From the human T2T-CHM13v2.0 reference genome, Homo sapiens: a DNA stretch of 64,000 nt. The DNA is taken from NCBI RefSeq assembly GCF_009914755.1, contig NC_060925.1; one strand, written 5' to 3'. Of the stretch, positions 40,430-58,259 are shown one piece after another. The notes below the pieces were generated by a model. That model was not told the DNA's origin. It searched no databases and worked only from the letters and a program-made list of their open reading frames with translations. Position 1 is the first letter of the stretch. Each line of letters begins with the position of its first letter. A program made the translations under genes and the position numbers.

Positions 40430-40680
40430 TCATTAAGAGCGCTCAGATTTGAAGTATGACCAACATGGGTTTAACTCCCAGTTCTGTCACATACTAGTTC
40501 TGTGACCTTGGGTAACTAACCTGACTTCTGTATGTCTTTATCCATAAATAGCTATGGTAATACTGCCTGTGTTATAGAGCTGATATAATAAGAAAATGTG
40601 ATACTGAATGTAAGTTTTTTATTATAACACCTGGCAGATGGTAAACTCAAAATGTCATTGTTAATGTATTATTATTATTA
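40430..40680 (+). mobile_element. MIR
   Basis: 'gggtttaactcccagttctgtcac..actagttctgtgaccttgggtaa'. Confidence 0.75.
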
Positions 40681-41057
40681 TTTAGTATCCCTTCCAAAAA
40701 CCCAATTTCCCATGCTGCCTCATCTCATTCAGGGTAACTCTCAGGCTAGTCACTTCATAGTGCTTGACTCAGGACACCCTAACACCATCCTCCCTCTACT
40801 CCTACCTGCTCTGGCATCACCAGGTACCCCCTGACTTAGACCACCCATTCATTTATCCACTCAGTGTTTATTGAGAGCCTAATGTGTGCTAAGACCTTTG
40901 CCAGAGCTAGAAATACATTGAGGAGAAAAAACTGTCATAGCCTGGAATGTCACTTCCCACATCTTACCTTATGTCCTGCATGGAGAGACAGAAATGTGTG
41001 AATTTTTAAAATGTCCCCCTAGCTACTGCTGAGTGATGCGTGCTCACCTCATCCCCC

Positions 41058-41060
41058 ACC

Positions 41061-41092
<32 letters not shown>

Positions 41093-41110
41093 ACATACAC
41101 ACACGTACAC
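41058..41110 (+). repeat. (CA)n microsatellite
   Basis: Interrupted CA run. Confidence 0.9.
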
Positions 41111-44100
41111 CGATTATTGGTCCAGCTGAACATTTTCTCCCATGGTGAGATGCTGGTCTTACCATGCAAACAGGTCTTTCCTTATCATCCCCACTAAGTT
41201 CTTTTAAGATCTTCTAAAATTCTAGGCACATAATTGGCATAATATAAAACATATTAAAATTTGCCCACATCATACAATAAATACATAGTATAGTAACTTT
41301 GTATAAGTTGGGCTAAGCTTCAGTGAAGCCAGAATTATTTTTTGAAGTCTCACACCTCATTGTAGCTCTTGAAATCTTGTACGCCCTTGACACTTTGCCT
41401 ACACGCCATTACCTTTGCCCACTCACCTCATCACCATTTCAATTCTCCTTCTGCTCTGACTTAGTTTTCTGGAAAGGGGAAAAAAAGAAATGGGTAGATA
41501 AGTTGCTCATAGGAAAATTAGAAATATTCAAATTCTGTCTTCTTTGCAATTTTGTCCAAGTCTCAGATAGCAACTGATATCAAATGCGTATATGAAAATA
41601 TGCACATATATTTAATAAAAGGGAAACCTACATTCCCTTGTCAGTCCAATCTAGTGGGAACAATTTTCAGCTTTTATATAGTGCTCAACATTGAAAAAGT
41701 ATCTTCATTTACTTAACATTATAAACAAAATATAATTATAATCCCATATGATGGCAAAATTGAAAATCAGAGAAGGAATATATCTTGCCCAGGATAACAC
41801 AGGCAGTAAAAGGAGAGCTATGATCTGACCGGTATGCAGATGTGCTGTCTGGGAATCCCGTTTCCTTATTCTGTGACCAACTTCCTGCATAATGCACAGT
41901 GATCCCAAATAGAACAGGGCACCTCCCTCGGAGGGAGCATATGCATATGTGTTCTTAAAGTACGTCTTCAGTCCTCTCAGAGCTTTGAGACTATATCCCT
42001 AAAATGCAAGCGTCTGCTGATTCTAAGCCCTGACTGAAGTGGAGCTGCACCCACATGTGCCTATTCAGCGCCAGGATGCTGTTTTACTGCTGCTCCCCTG
42101 TCTTTAGCAGCAATCTAAGAACAAGGACCTCTAATCCCATATCAAATTTGCACTGCATCAAGGTCAGTATCTCTTTTTACCAAAGTAGTGAATGCATTCT
42201 TCACAGTTTTAAACCAAATAATAACCATTCCATACAGACTGGGTCTGACTTCAACATTATTGCTTTTTTTTAAGGTCCATAACTGTCTTAAATTACTGTT
42301 CCTTCCAGCATCAGCCATGCTGTAAAATTTTCAGGGACAAGCCTTTACGCCTCCCACCTCTTCCTGCTTCATTGTCAGTGGCAATTTTAATTCATTTCAT
42401 TTCTGTGTCACTGTCACTCCAACTGCTGTCTTCAGCTCTGTGTGGTGTCCTGAAGTTCAGTGTTAATGTAGAAACCTTTGCTTTAATAGAAAAATCATGT
42501 TATTTGACTTTTTCTTTAACATTAATAGAGAGTCAGCCAAGGCCAGCTCCAAAATTCCGCAAAATAAAATTATTTCCAAATGCTAACGGACCTTTCACTG
42601 TCTTTGAAAGAGTGCTAGTGAGGCAAGAATTACCATGTACCTGAAACAAATAAGAAAACAAGATTTTAGGGAATAAATGGACTGGTTTTTCTGAGGTCTG
42701 GCTTTAGTTTCTTGCTTTATCGCTGATTGGATGGACCTGTAATTTCAGAAGAACATCTTAATCTAAGGTTCTCCCTCTCTCCTTCTCGACCCCTTTGTAA
42801 AAATTGAGATACAGCTATTGCCAGTTATTTTCCACTCAGAGACGCTTTAAGTTTCAACCCAGTGGGGAAAAAAAAAACAAGGTACAAATTGTTACTGCTG
42901 ACAATGGATCTGATCTTGTAGTGAGCTAAGATGAACAAAATGCTCTCTGGGGAAGAGAAAGGTTCACCTATGTGAGGTAAATGAATTCTTCCACAGCTCT
43001 AGGGAACAGTGAGATTGCTGTATGGTATACTGATGCCCCAAAGAGTTTATTATCTTTATCCTGTTTGTGGATAACTTGCCCAGACTTGATATAGAACCCA
43101 GTCAATAATAATGTCTTTTTTGGATTTACACAGAAAAACTGGATACTATGTTTACTATGTTTAGTACTTTTTTATTTTTGTATCAATAAGTACCTTGTAG
43201 CAGAGGCATAGAAAGAGGGGCAGCTATTTATCAGAGCCAACATCTGCCCCCTCCTTGTTCCCCACCACAGTCTAGGTTTGTGGGAAGATGGTTACCTGAG
43301 TTGGCACACAAAATTGAAAATAAGGAGTAAAGAGGAAGGAAACAGAATAAATGTTGATAGTAGCATTTTCCCATCCCCAGATATCTTTTCCTTATTTTCT
43401 GTCTCTGTATGACAAAGGCATTAGAAAGAAGGAAATGTACCTTCCCTAAGGAAGGTAGGGGATTTATGAAATTGTAATTATTTCTGGTCAACTGATAGAG
43501 TTTCTGGTAAAAAAAAAAAATGAAAGAGATGACTCATATGACTTATGGTCTTTACGTTCTGTGATACTTGAGTCACTGAAGTAGAACTGAATGAATTGAT
43601 CCATATTAGAAATGGAGTCTTTCCTGGAAAATTCAGCTATATGACTCCTTTACCTCTGACCTGTATCTGAAATTGAAAACTTACCACTTCTGTCTTCGAC
43701 CTCTCTTTTCTTGCTGGAAAATATGCTAAAAAAATAATTACATCATGGTAACAATAGGCCAGGAAATTTCCAAGCATTTGGCAAATTGTAAATCAGTAAC
43801 TGGTAGAATGGCTGATACTAAAGTTTTCCAGAGTCTCCAGGATAGTCTATCCTTTAACTCTGTAAGCAAATAGCTTTTCCTTTTCAGACTCCACAATTTC
43901 CACAGTAAAACTGAAATTCTAAGAAAAGCAAGGTAACATTTTTTCTGTAATCTTATAGATGTTATTTTTTTTGTTTGTTCTCTCAAGAAAAATTTAACCC
44001 CTATTAGACATATGTTGAAATTGTAGATTTCCCACTTCCTATCCCACTCATCTCGGAAGTGTGCCAATTCTCAGATGATACAAAAATTTTATACCGCTGG

Positions 44101-44259
44101 AAGTCTTCACTTTAAAGAGATTCAAATGTTCTTTATTATTTTATGGCCTTAACTTGAAAATACAATGCAATAGAAAAAAATAGCAGCTACCAAACATTGA
44201 AAATAATTATTTTTCTGTTAGGAATTGTTTTTGCACTAAAAACAAATAAGTGTAAAGAG

Positions 44260-45450
<1,191 letters not shown>

Positions 45451-47229
45451 CCATCACATTCATAGAGCACTTACCTCATGCTAGGAAGTATGATAAGTGA
45501 TCTATATGCATAAAACAGGGATTTCACATGACAACTTCAACTGGGTAAATATGCTTTTCACCACGCCCCCAGGAAAGAAATAGCAACATTGTTTTTAAAG
45601 ATCCTTTGAGGAGAAATTGCATGGGAAATGCCAAGGCTGAGTGGAGAAAGTTTGTAAGCAGCGAGGCCAAATATTCTGAACCTGAAAGACGGGGAGATAC
45701 CCCAAACCTGGGAAGGGGTGGGGGTTTTGACTGGTTTTGCAGGTAGTGAAGATCCACACCTAATTCAGTTTCTGCTCTCTCAGAAGATACAAGGCCTTGG
45801 AGTGAATGGCTGTGTGCTGTGCTAGGGGCACTAAAAGCTGAACCTCCCAGTCTTAGCAAAGGCCCCTACACCCAAGCTTGACACAGAACTAGCAGAGCCT
45901 CTGCTATTAGAGTTGAACTATAAGCATCTAATAGCAACTACCATGGGTTGAGGAGTTGAGAATTGTTTTCCTTCAAGACACAATATAAGACTCCTAGATT
46001 CTTTGGAAACAACTATCTGTGGCTAGAGGCAAAGAACAAATATGAATGATAATAGCTGTCTGACTATCCTGGTGAATGGCTGCTCATAGTGAGATTTAGT
46101 TTTTATTTAGAAGAATCATATGACATTTCTTACACCCAAGTGTGATAGGATAAAATCAATATCCTCAATACTTGTATCATCTGCTTTATCCTATAAAATT
46201 TGTGAAATAAGAATTACTTTCTCTATTTTATTGATAGTGAAAGAAAGATTTAAAGAGTCCAAATAACTTGTGTATGATCATTCCACTGAAAAGTGGCTGA
46301 CTGGGACTTCCATTTGCCACAGTGTGCTCCAGAGCCTCTGTTCTCAATCACTATTCTATTATTACACAAAAGTGACTGGTATGGAAATGTGGTCATCTTC
46401 TCCAGGCATCATGGAGCATTCTGTACAACATACCAGGTAATTTCATTGGCTAATATTTGCTGCTACTGTACTTTAAGTAAATAGCAACACATTGAATCAT
46501 TGTAAACATTATCCCACTTGATCCTTACATTTGATTCCTGCCAAGTAGCCAAAATGTTACAACCACCACCACCATTCATCACCATTTTACAGATGATGAA
46601 ACCAAAGTTTTAAAAAATAAGGAAGGGAAAAAAGGAAGGAAGGAAGTAAAAAGAAAAAAAAGGAAAGGCTACCTAACTTGAGCAACTAGGAAAAGAAGCA
46701 AAATCTTTTGACTCCTAGTTCTGTATTCTAATGCCTCTCTGCTTTAAGCACCACAAATTTTAAAAAGCAAAAACCAAAACATTGGTTTCTCCTTCCTACA
46801 GCACAGTGATTCAGTGTTTGTGCAATGAGACTGAAAAGGCAAAGAGCTCTGTATATATCAGTGCGAGAATGCCAACAGACTGCTAATGGAAGTTAGAGAA
46901 TGGGTAAATGTCAGACAAGGATCAGTGACTCTTTGAGGATCACTTACCTTTTCAATACAGATCAAAATCCTTAGTACAAACTACTAATATGCCACATGTG
47001 TCAGATTACCCCTCCATTCCATCAACAATATCAATGGGGTGGCCTATCTTCCTGTCCTGGTAGCACTACAACCCCAACCTTAAATACTGTATCTACGATG
47101 TAAGACTTTTCTTCTGGGCTGTGTTAGTGAAGCATGGCAAACATCTTTCTCTCTTCTTCTCTATTCCTTCTCTTCTTGGATTAATTATCTCAATTGATGC
47201 CATATTAAGTCTCACAATTTTCCAAGAGT

Positions 47230-47850
47230 AAAATTTGGTTAATCACCCTTGAAACTTATTTTCCATAATCCCTCAGAGCCAATCAGCCAGTATCAAGTCT
47301 ATGCCCTCTCTGAAATGCACCTGAAATCAGATCCTTCTTATTCTTTCCCCACTACCATTATGGCTATCCCCTTAGTCCATGCTTCTATTTTTCTCCTGCC
47401 TGACCCTGGTAATAGACCCCTCTCTGATCTCTCTACCAGTAATCTCCCCACACTAATTTATTATATATGCTCCTACCAGAGTTATATTTATAAAAGAATG
47501 TTTTGATGACATCTGTCTCTTGCTTAAAAATGCATTCAGTGACATTCCCCTATTCATTAAAACTCAGTTCCTTGTCAGGGCCCGCAAGGCCTAAATGACC
47601 TGATTCCAACTTCCCTTACCAGCCCTTTCTCCCTCCTCTTCTACTCTAACACTACTAAATTCCTCTTAAGAACCTGATTGTATAATTTCTATGTCCTTAC
47701 ATATATACGTCATTTTTTTTGCTTTCACTTCCCTCTCTGCCTTACATTCTTCAACTTACGCCTTGAAATGAGCTTAAATATTCTGTCCTCCATGAATCCT
47801 TTCCTAACCACTTAGGCATGGTTAATTAGTCCTGTGTCAGGATTATAATA
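47230..47850 (+). mobile_element. L2 fragment
   Basis: 'ctcttgcttaaaa..cattcagtga..ttcccc', 'aaggcctaaatgacctg'. Confidence 0.6.
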
Positions 47851-48544
47851 TCACTTTGGCATTGGACTGGGGATAGCAGCTGGAGCTTAAGCTGTGTTCA
47901 TGGTGGGATCCAGCTATATCCAGGCAAGGCTGGCAGCCTGGAGCGGAAAGATCTGTAGAAGCTATTTGCACTAGGAACGAGGGGCCTTGAAAGTATCAGG
48001 CCCAGACACTGACCAGAACCAGTTTTGTGAGAAGAAATGTTTTATGCACAAATGGGGTCTGTTCCTCAAATATTTCCCCGGGTCCACAATAGCCCTAAAC
48101 TCCTATCTGAATCCTTGGGAATGAGGGCTGCAAAAAATATATATACTAAAAAACTATCTCATTGGGAGCTCAGTGGGCCACTAAAAACAGGAGCACAGAT
48201 TGTTTGGGCACAGCCATGAAAAGCAAAAGGCACTTTCCTTAGGTTCATATAGAAGTAGTTTCATTACTGTTTGGATTCATTGAACTAGCTCTAGAAAGCT
48301 TGATGCAGCTTTAGAAATGGTCATGCTAGAAATGTTCATTGTCTGCCCCTCTGTGGGGGAAGTGAGGAGGGAAGAAGGGTTAGGCTGCAGAAACTCATCC
48401 CTGTGGCTATGGGACAAGAAGAGGTTTTAGCAGCAGGCATCCCAAAAGGGAAATAAAGCAAGATAAAAAAAAATGTGGAGATTGCCACATTTTAGTTCAA
48501 AAAACCATATTAATGAACCCAAATGAAATACACCTTAGAGACCT

Positions 48545-49960
<1,416 letters not shown>

Positions 49961-50379
49961 AAACGAAGGTTTCACAATCTCACGGAGTGTTATTTGCAAG
50001 ATAATATTAATGATTTTTAGAGAGACTTAAGGGGATGCTTATCAAGAATGGCGTGAACTGTATAAGGCACCGAGCTTAAATAACAGAGATCTAAAGCCAG
50101 AAAAAAACTTGTCAAATCTGCACTTATCTTTTTTCTTCCTATAACTTCTCTAATCTGTGATTTTATAACTCCTGAATATCCTCCATGCCTTTCCTTGAAG
50201 ATGCTGCTGTCATCTGCATTCCCTTTCACTTTCAGACTTCTGTGGCATCTCCTTTTGTGATTACAGTAATATCATCAGGATAGAGTTGAAAAAACTAGAA
50301 TTTATTTATTTAATGAGTAATATTTGTGTGATTTGAGAAAGATATATGTAAAATGATGAAGTGTCATATTAGTGAGCTA

Positions 50380-50491
50380 TTAGGTTGCTGCAAAACTAAT
50401 TGCAGTTTTTGCCATTACTTTCAATGTGGAATTGGACAATAAGCAATTAAAAGTAATGGCAAAAACTGCAATTACTTTTGTGCCAGCCTAG
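50380..50491. mobile_element. MADE1-derived (Hsmar1 MITE) extended palindrome
   Basis: TA + 'ttaggttgctgcaaaactaattgcagtttttgccattac' ... 'gtaatggcaaaaactgcaattacttttgtgccagccta'. Confidence 0.88.
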
Positions 50492-53400
50492 TTTCTAGAA
50501 TTAAAAAAAAGGTACGGCAAAATTTTAGTAATCAAAAATTATCCTTGAAAATCTTCCAAATTGTCCATCTAAAGCAGAAACCTTTGTATATCAACCCTAT
50601 ACAGATACAAATTTCTCAAGAAGTCCAAAGAAGACTGATTTTGCTCCAGCATTAATACAAACTAGTTCTGTGGTCGAGTACCAGATAAAAGCTGTGGTTG
50701 TACCAAAGAATACTAGCAGGTAGAATTGAATTCATGAATGTTCCGAGTACGTATGAAATGAGTTCACATTATAACTAATACTAGTCTAAGCTTCTTTCTA
50801 GCCAGATATGTAGATTCTAAAGGGGGGTCTTCCAGTGGTAATGGAGGGGAGCTTTGTGCACTAGGTATCAAGGGTCCTAAGAACACAGAAATGAGACTGC
50901 TGAGAACATATGTTCCTGATTCAGGAGCAAAGAATGCATTTGCTTATTATGGAATATGAGTGGGGTAATGTGTAAGAATTTGCAAGCCACAACACAGGAT
51001 TAATGTCAACTTTACTTATAATTTCCTAAAACAAATTATATGTGTTTTGAGTTCCTATTCCAAAAAGCTGGCAATAAATTCAATCTTTGTTATCACTGAG
51101 TTTGCTACACAGACTCTAAGATCTGCTACACAGACTCTGAGATCCCCAGAGCCAAGCCCAGTGCCTGTTTCCTGTTCATGAAGTTCATTGCCTGTATGCT
51201 CACTGTTCAAGTCAACAGGTGCTCTTTAAGAATGGGGACTCCAATATGTCTTTGTCAAGATCAAAGTATCCAAAATTTCCACTTGCACCACAGATTTCAT
51301 CAAAGATTCCACAGCCACCCCAAGCAGATAAAATGTGCAATTCTTTTAGAAACTGTAAAGCCCAGGGCTGGCCTCCCCTTTGCCCCCACCCCTCTCCATA
51401 ATGATGTTTCAACCTCCAAACTTTGGCCTTGACTTCGCCTGCATTATGGCTCCTTGCAGCAAAGATCCAGTACAATATTGAGGTTGGGCTTTTAAAAACA
51501 AAACTAGTTTGTTTTTTTTGGCCCACAGTACAAAAGACTCCCAGACAGGGAATCACAAAGACTTGGTATATAGGAAGGAAAATACATGCAAAAGAAAGAA
51601 GGTTACAGTAAAAATTAATATTTTTATAGATTATCCTGCTACCATTTCTATGGTAGAGGGAAATGGCTTTACTGGATGGGGATTGCAAAGTATTCTGCAA
51701 ATATGGAAAATAGATATAATCCATTAAAACCACAAACACGTACAGATCCAATGACTTGCTGCAAATTTAGTTCTTCAAGTCAGTCTTGAGTTGTCACATT
51801 GCTTATTCCCATTTCTAAAGGACACTGAATTCAAAAAGTCTTCTTAAACAAGTTAGAGGACATTGTTCTTACTACGTTATCCAAGAATACAAGAGGCTGC
51901 AGCTACCAAAAGACAGTACTGGGACTGGCAAGAAGTTAACCACATTTTCATGCTGAATTTGATGGAAAATTGGATGCATTCCAGTCTGTTTACAGTTTGG
52001 GTGGGAGGGACAGATTTGCCAATAGCACATTTAGCATGTTGCAGCATAGTTTATCTGTCTGCAAATCTGTCCATCCCACCAGACTATCTCTGCCTTGAGA
52101 AGTGGAATCCTGACACACTCATTTCCATAATTCCAGCAAGTCTTATGGTCTGGCATACAAAGGGCACTCAGTAAGTGAAGCCCACTACCATGATTGGGAA
52201 AAGGCTTTTTCCACTTAGTTTTCTGTTTGTCATGACACCCCTTCTGCAATTAAGGCCGTCATTTATTGCTTATACTCTACAATCCATTGACTCACTAGAC
52301 TGGGGCCAATTTTTGGGAGCTCTTCATGACAAAGTCAGCCATGCTTCAGCCCCTTGGCTGTTCTCCCTGCAGAGCTATTCCAGAAGCTACAGAGGATGCT
52401 TTTTTATCTCAGACCTTCTGTTGCTCTCTGGTTGTCTCTGGTTAAAGAATTCTTCTATAATCCCATTAGGATCAGCTTTTCTCCGTCTGTTCCTTATCAT
52501 GAATCATTATTAGATGAAAGACAAAAATCCTATCACTTTAGTTAACTGGGTCACTAAGAACCATATGAGTCCTGTGTTCCTGTTCTGAAAGCATAATTAA
52601 AGCCCTGACTAATTAGTATTAAAGTAACCTTAATTAACTAACCTAACTTACCACTAATCAAGGGAATGGGTCTTCCGAGAGATCGTGGATCATTTTCTAG
52701 TCAGTACACAATATAAGTTAATATACATACATACCCCTACGGATGCACTCATTAAAAAAAAAATTAAAACTCTTCATTGTTGGGAGTGTAAGTTGGAGGT
52801 TACTTGCTTACTTGCTTATTTATTTATACTCTGCCTCTTCCCACAAAGGATTGGACTCAGAGGACATTATCTTGCATTTGTACTGCAGAGCTCTTGCCAT
52901 GATTATGAAACAAGAAGGTATTTAGCATGCTCTTTACTTGCTCTGGGTTATTAGTAAGCCCATGATAATTATGTTACCAAAGTAATGTAGAGGCTGCTGT
53001 ATCTGATTTCCACATTACAGATAGTCCCTAGTCATCTATGTGACTTAGCTCGCATCACTTTACCTCCCTGGAACCCAGCTTCCTCATCTATATAATGAGG
53101 CCAGTTCAGTCATGCACCCCATAATGACATTTTGGTCAACAACAGACCACTTTTATGACAGTAATCCCGTAAGATTATAATGGAGCTGAAAAATTTCTAT
53201 CGTCATGGTGATGCTGGTGTAAAGAAATGTACTGTGCTGCCAGCCAAAAATATAGGTTAGTACATAATACTTGATAATGATGATAAGCAACTGTGTTACT
53301 GGTTTATGTGTTTACTGTACTATACTTTTCATCATTATTTTAGCATATACTCCTACTACTTATTTTTTAAAAAGATAACTGCAAAAGATCCTCAGGCAGA

Positions 53401-53654
53401 TCCTTCAGCAGGTGTTCCAGAAGAGGGCTTTTTTGTAAGGGATGACAGCTCCATGCATGTTATTGCCCCTGAAGATCTTCCAGTGGAATAAGACATGGAA
53501 GTGAAAGATAGTGATAATCATGATCCTGACCCTGTATACTCTTAGGTTGATGTGTGTATCTGTGTCTTAGTTTTCAACAACAACAAAAAAGCTTAAAAAG
53601 TATACAAAAAAAACCTTTGAAAATAGAAAAAAAGCTTAAAAAATAAGGATATAA

Positions 53655-53957
<303 letters not shown>

Positions 53958-54291
53958 AGAAAATATTTTTGTACAGCTGTATAATGTGTTTGTGTTTTAA
54001 ACTAAGTGTTATTACCAGAGTCAAAATGTTTTTAAAAAAGTAAAAGTTGATAAAGTTTAAAAGTTACAGTAAGCAAAGGTTCATGTATTATTAAAAAAGA
54101 ATTTTGTAAATTTAGTGTCGCCTAAGTGTACAGTGTTTATAAAGCCCACAGTAGTGTTTAGTAATGCCCTAGGCTTTCACATTCACTCACCACTCACTCA
54201 CTGATTCACCCAGAGCAACTTCCAGTCCCACAAACTCCATTCATGGTAAATGCCCCATACAGATGTATCATATTTTGTTTTTCATATTGCC

Positions 54292-54622
54292 TTTTAGTTG
54301 TTTGTTTGTTTGTTTGTTTTTGTTTAGACAGAGTCTATCTCTGTTGCCCAGGCTGGAGTGCAGTGACGCAATTATAACTCACTGTAGCCTCGCATTCCTG
54401 GGCTCAAGTGATCCTCCTATCTCAGCCTTCCAAGTAGCTAAGACTACAGGTACATGCCACCATGCCCAGCTAAGTTTTTTTTTTTTTTTTTATATTATGT
54501 TTTGTAGAGATACAGCCCCACTATATTGTCCAGGCTGGCCTCAAACTCCTGGCCTCAAGCTATCTTCCCACCTTGGCCTCCCAAAGTGCTGGGATGGCAG
54601 GTGTGGTCCACCATGCCCGGCC
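54292..54622 (-). mobile_element. AluJ
   Basis: Reverse Alu with J-type 'ctcactgtagcctc..ctgggctcaagtgatcctcc'; (TTTG)n tail. Confidence 0.9.
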
Positions 54623-55351
54623 AATATACCATCTTTTAACTGGACCTTTTCTATGTTTATATGTGTTTAGGCACACAAATACTTACCAATGTGTTACAAT
54701 TGCCTACAGTATTCAGTACAGTAACATGCTATACAGGCTTGTAGCTTAACAGCAATAGGCTATATGTTATATAGCCTCAGTATGAAGCAGTCTATACAAT
54801 CTAGGTTTGTGTCAGTGCACTCTATGATGTTCATGATGAAATTGTCTAACAATGCATTTCTCAGATAATTTCTTTGCATGATTGTATATTAAGGCCCCTC
54901 CCAACTTTTAGCATGCTCAGTTATTCTCTGAAAGTAAAATTTCTCTTGATCTCTAAGTCCTCTATCTTGCAAACCTAACAGATGTGATATCTATTCTCTA
55001 ATACAGAGTCATTTTTTGTGACTGCTCTTAACTATCGGCCCTTTTGAGAGTTTATATCATACAGTCTCCACGACTGTCTAATGAGAAAGCAGAATAACAA
55101 AATGCTTTTTGCAACTAATTTCAGAAACACGGGAGAGGATCCAACAAAGTACCAATCTTATGCAGCTCTGATATTGTCACAGTAGTTTGCTAATCAAACA
55201 TGAGCCGGGCAGGAGAGGGCCCACCTGCCCCGCACTAGGAATGTCAATCACCATCAGGTGATGGTCAGGCAGTTGTTAAACTATCTCTCTAAAATAAGAA
55301 TTAGCCTCAGCCAGTGCCAAGGAAAAGCAGTCCCCCAATAGAAAAACCTGA

Positions 55352-55660
<309 letters not shown>

Positions 55661-56036
55661 AGAAAAACCTGAAACTATTGATCAGCTTTCCAATAAGATC
55701 TCAGGAGTTGGGTGAGTGGGCTCAAGCATGTGCATTAAGGCAAAATGGTAGAGTTTAACTGATACATGTAACCTTACAGGAACACTTGACTGGTAAGAGG
55801 AAGAAAAGCCTCAAGAGAACATGCATACAACTCCAGTAAATGCCTGTGCATATGCCCCCACAACAAGCACTAGCAGGCCACTGTGCATGAGGACAGCCCA
55901 TCCCAAGGGAAGAATCGGAAGAAGTAACACAAGACCCCTGAAGCATGCCAAACCCTAAGGGAAAGTCAACCTGTGCACTTGATCTTTCAAGTTGCCTGCT
56001 TGGCCCTCTTCGAAGTGCACTTTACTTCCTTTCATT

Positions 56037-56507
56037 TGTGAACCCCCAAGTATCTGAGACAGGTCTCAGTTAATTTAGAAAGTTTATTTTGCCAAGGTTG
56101 AGGGTGTGCGCCCGTTACACAGCCTCAGGAGGTCCTGACAACATGTGCCCAAGCGGGTCAGAACACAGTTTGGTTTTTATAGATTTTAGGGAGACATGAG
56201 ACATCAATCCACATATATAAGATGAATATTGGTTCTATCCAGAAAAAGCGGGACAATTCAACGCAAAGGCGGGACTACTTGAAGCGGGAGGGGGCTTCCA
56301 GGTCATAGGTAGATAAGAGAAAATTGTATTCTTTTGAGTTTCTGATTAGCCTTTCCAAAGGAGGCAATCAGATATGCATTTATCTCAGTGAGTAGAGGGG
56401 TGACTTTGAATAGAACGGGAGGCAGGTTGGCTCTAAGCAGTTCCCAGCTTGACTTTTCCCTTTAGCTTAGTGATTTGGGGGGCCCCAAGATTCATTTTCC
56501 TTTCACA
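56037..56507 (-). mobile_element. MER4A1-like ERV1 solo LTR
   Basis: 'tgtgaacccc...tctgagacaggtctcagttaatttagaaagtttattttgccaagg...ttttcctttcaca'; perfect 4-bp TSD catt. Confidence 0.85.
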
Positions 56508-57227
56508 CATTCCTGTTCTAAAGCTTTTTAATAAACCTTCACTTCTGCTCTAAAACTTGCCTCCATCTCTCACTCTGTCTTATGGCCCTTGGTCAAATTC
56601 TTTCTTCTGAGGAGGCAAGAATTGAGGTGATTGCAGACCCATGCAGATTCACTGCCACTAACAGTATCTGAAGTACCACACTTCAGTTCTACAGTGTAAG
56701 ATATTGTGCATTTATCTATCATTTGCCATTGATGTGAATGAGTTTTCAAGAACATATCCTTAGCAGGGATTGGGAGTTATAGGGAACCAAAGAAAACATT
56801 ATGATACTGATGTGGACATACCACTGAAGGAGACCAAAGTAAAAACAAAGTGAACCAGCTTGATCAGCCTCTTAATAATTCTCATATTTCTCAGGGCAGG
56901 ATGGGCTGTACAGCACCCCCCCCCCACCCCCCACTTCCTTGCATTTTCCATGATAAAGAATCTTTATGTTTTAACTCAGGAACTTGTATTGAAGGAAGTG
57001 GTATTATTCGCACTAGAACTAATGTTTGAAGGAGGCTATAAAATTTCCCATCCTAAAGAGGTTTAAGGATAAGTTAGTTTTGTTTTAGTCTGGGATTGTT
57101 TAAAAGAAATCTGCAAAAAGCCTGGGAGTGGGGATGCCTGTGGGCAGTTCTTCCAGCGCAGTGTTCCTCTGTTTCCTGATTGCAGGGAGCATTGAGTCAT
57201 CATCTGACAGGCATAAATAATACTTGA

Positions 57228-57587
<360 letters not shown>

Positions 57588-57883
57588 TGCATTTTTACAT
57601 TTTACATTTTATACTTTATCTTTCGTCACGTTTGAACAAAAAAGTGAGTGAGTAAATAAATGAACAGGTAAATTAAAGCATTTTCTTTATTTCCACCTAA
57701 CTAAATACATCCATTTTACTGTTTTACTCATCTGTGTAACAAATGTGAAAAATACACAAGGAAGGGTTTTTTTTTTCCAGCATAGGCAATTCTTCAACTT
57801 TTATGTCCATAAGAATCACTCAGTAAACTTACTAAATGTGAAGATTCATGAGCCCCCTACCTAAAGATTCTGATTTAATAGAT

Positions 57884-58259
<376 letters not shown>

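Noticed and set aside
45466-45480. Consensus minus-strand donor GAG|GTAAGT
   Set aside because: It lies in MIR-derived 'gagcacttac' sequence with no paired acceptor.
51212-51751. 179-aa minus-strand ORF in unique sequence, with a possible acceptor near 51355
   Set aside because: No recognisable domain, non-ATG start and a weak pyrimidine tract; consistent with chance, though not excluded without BLAST/PhyloCSF.
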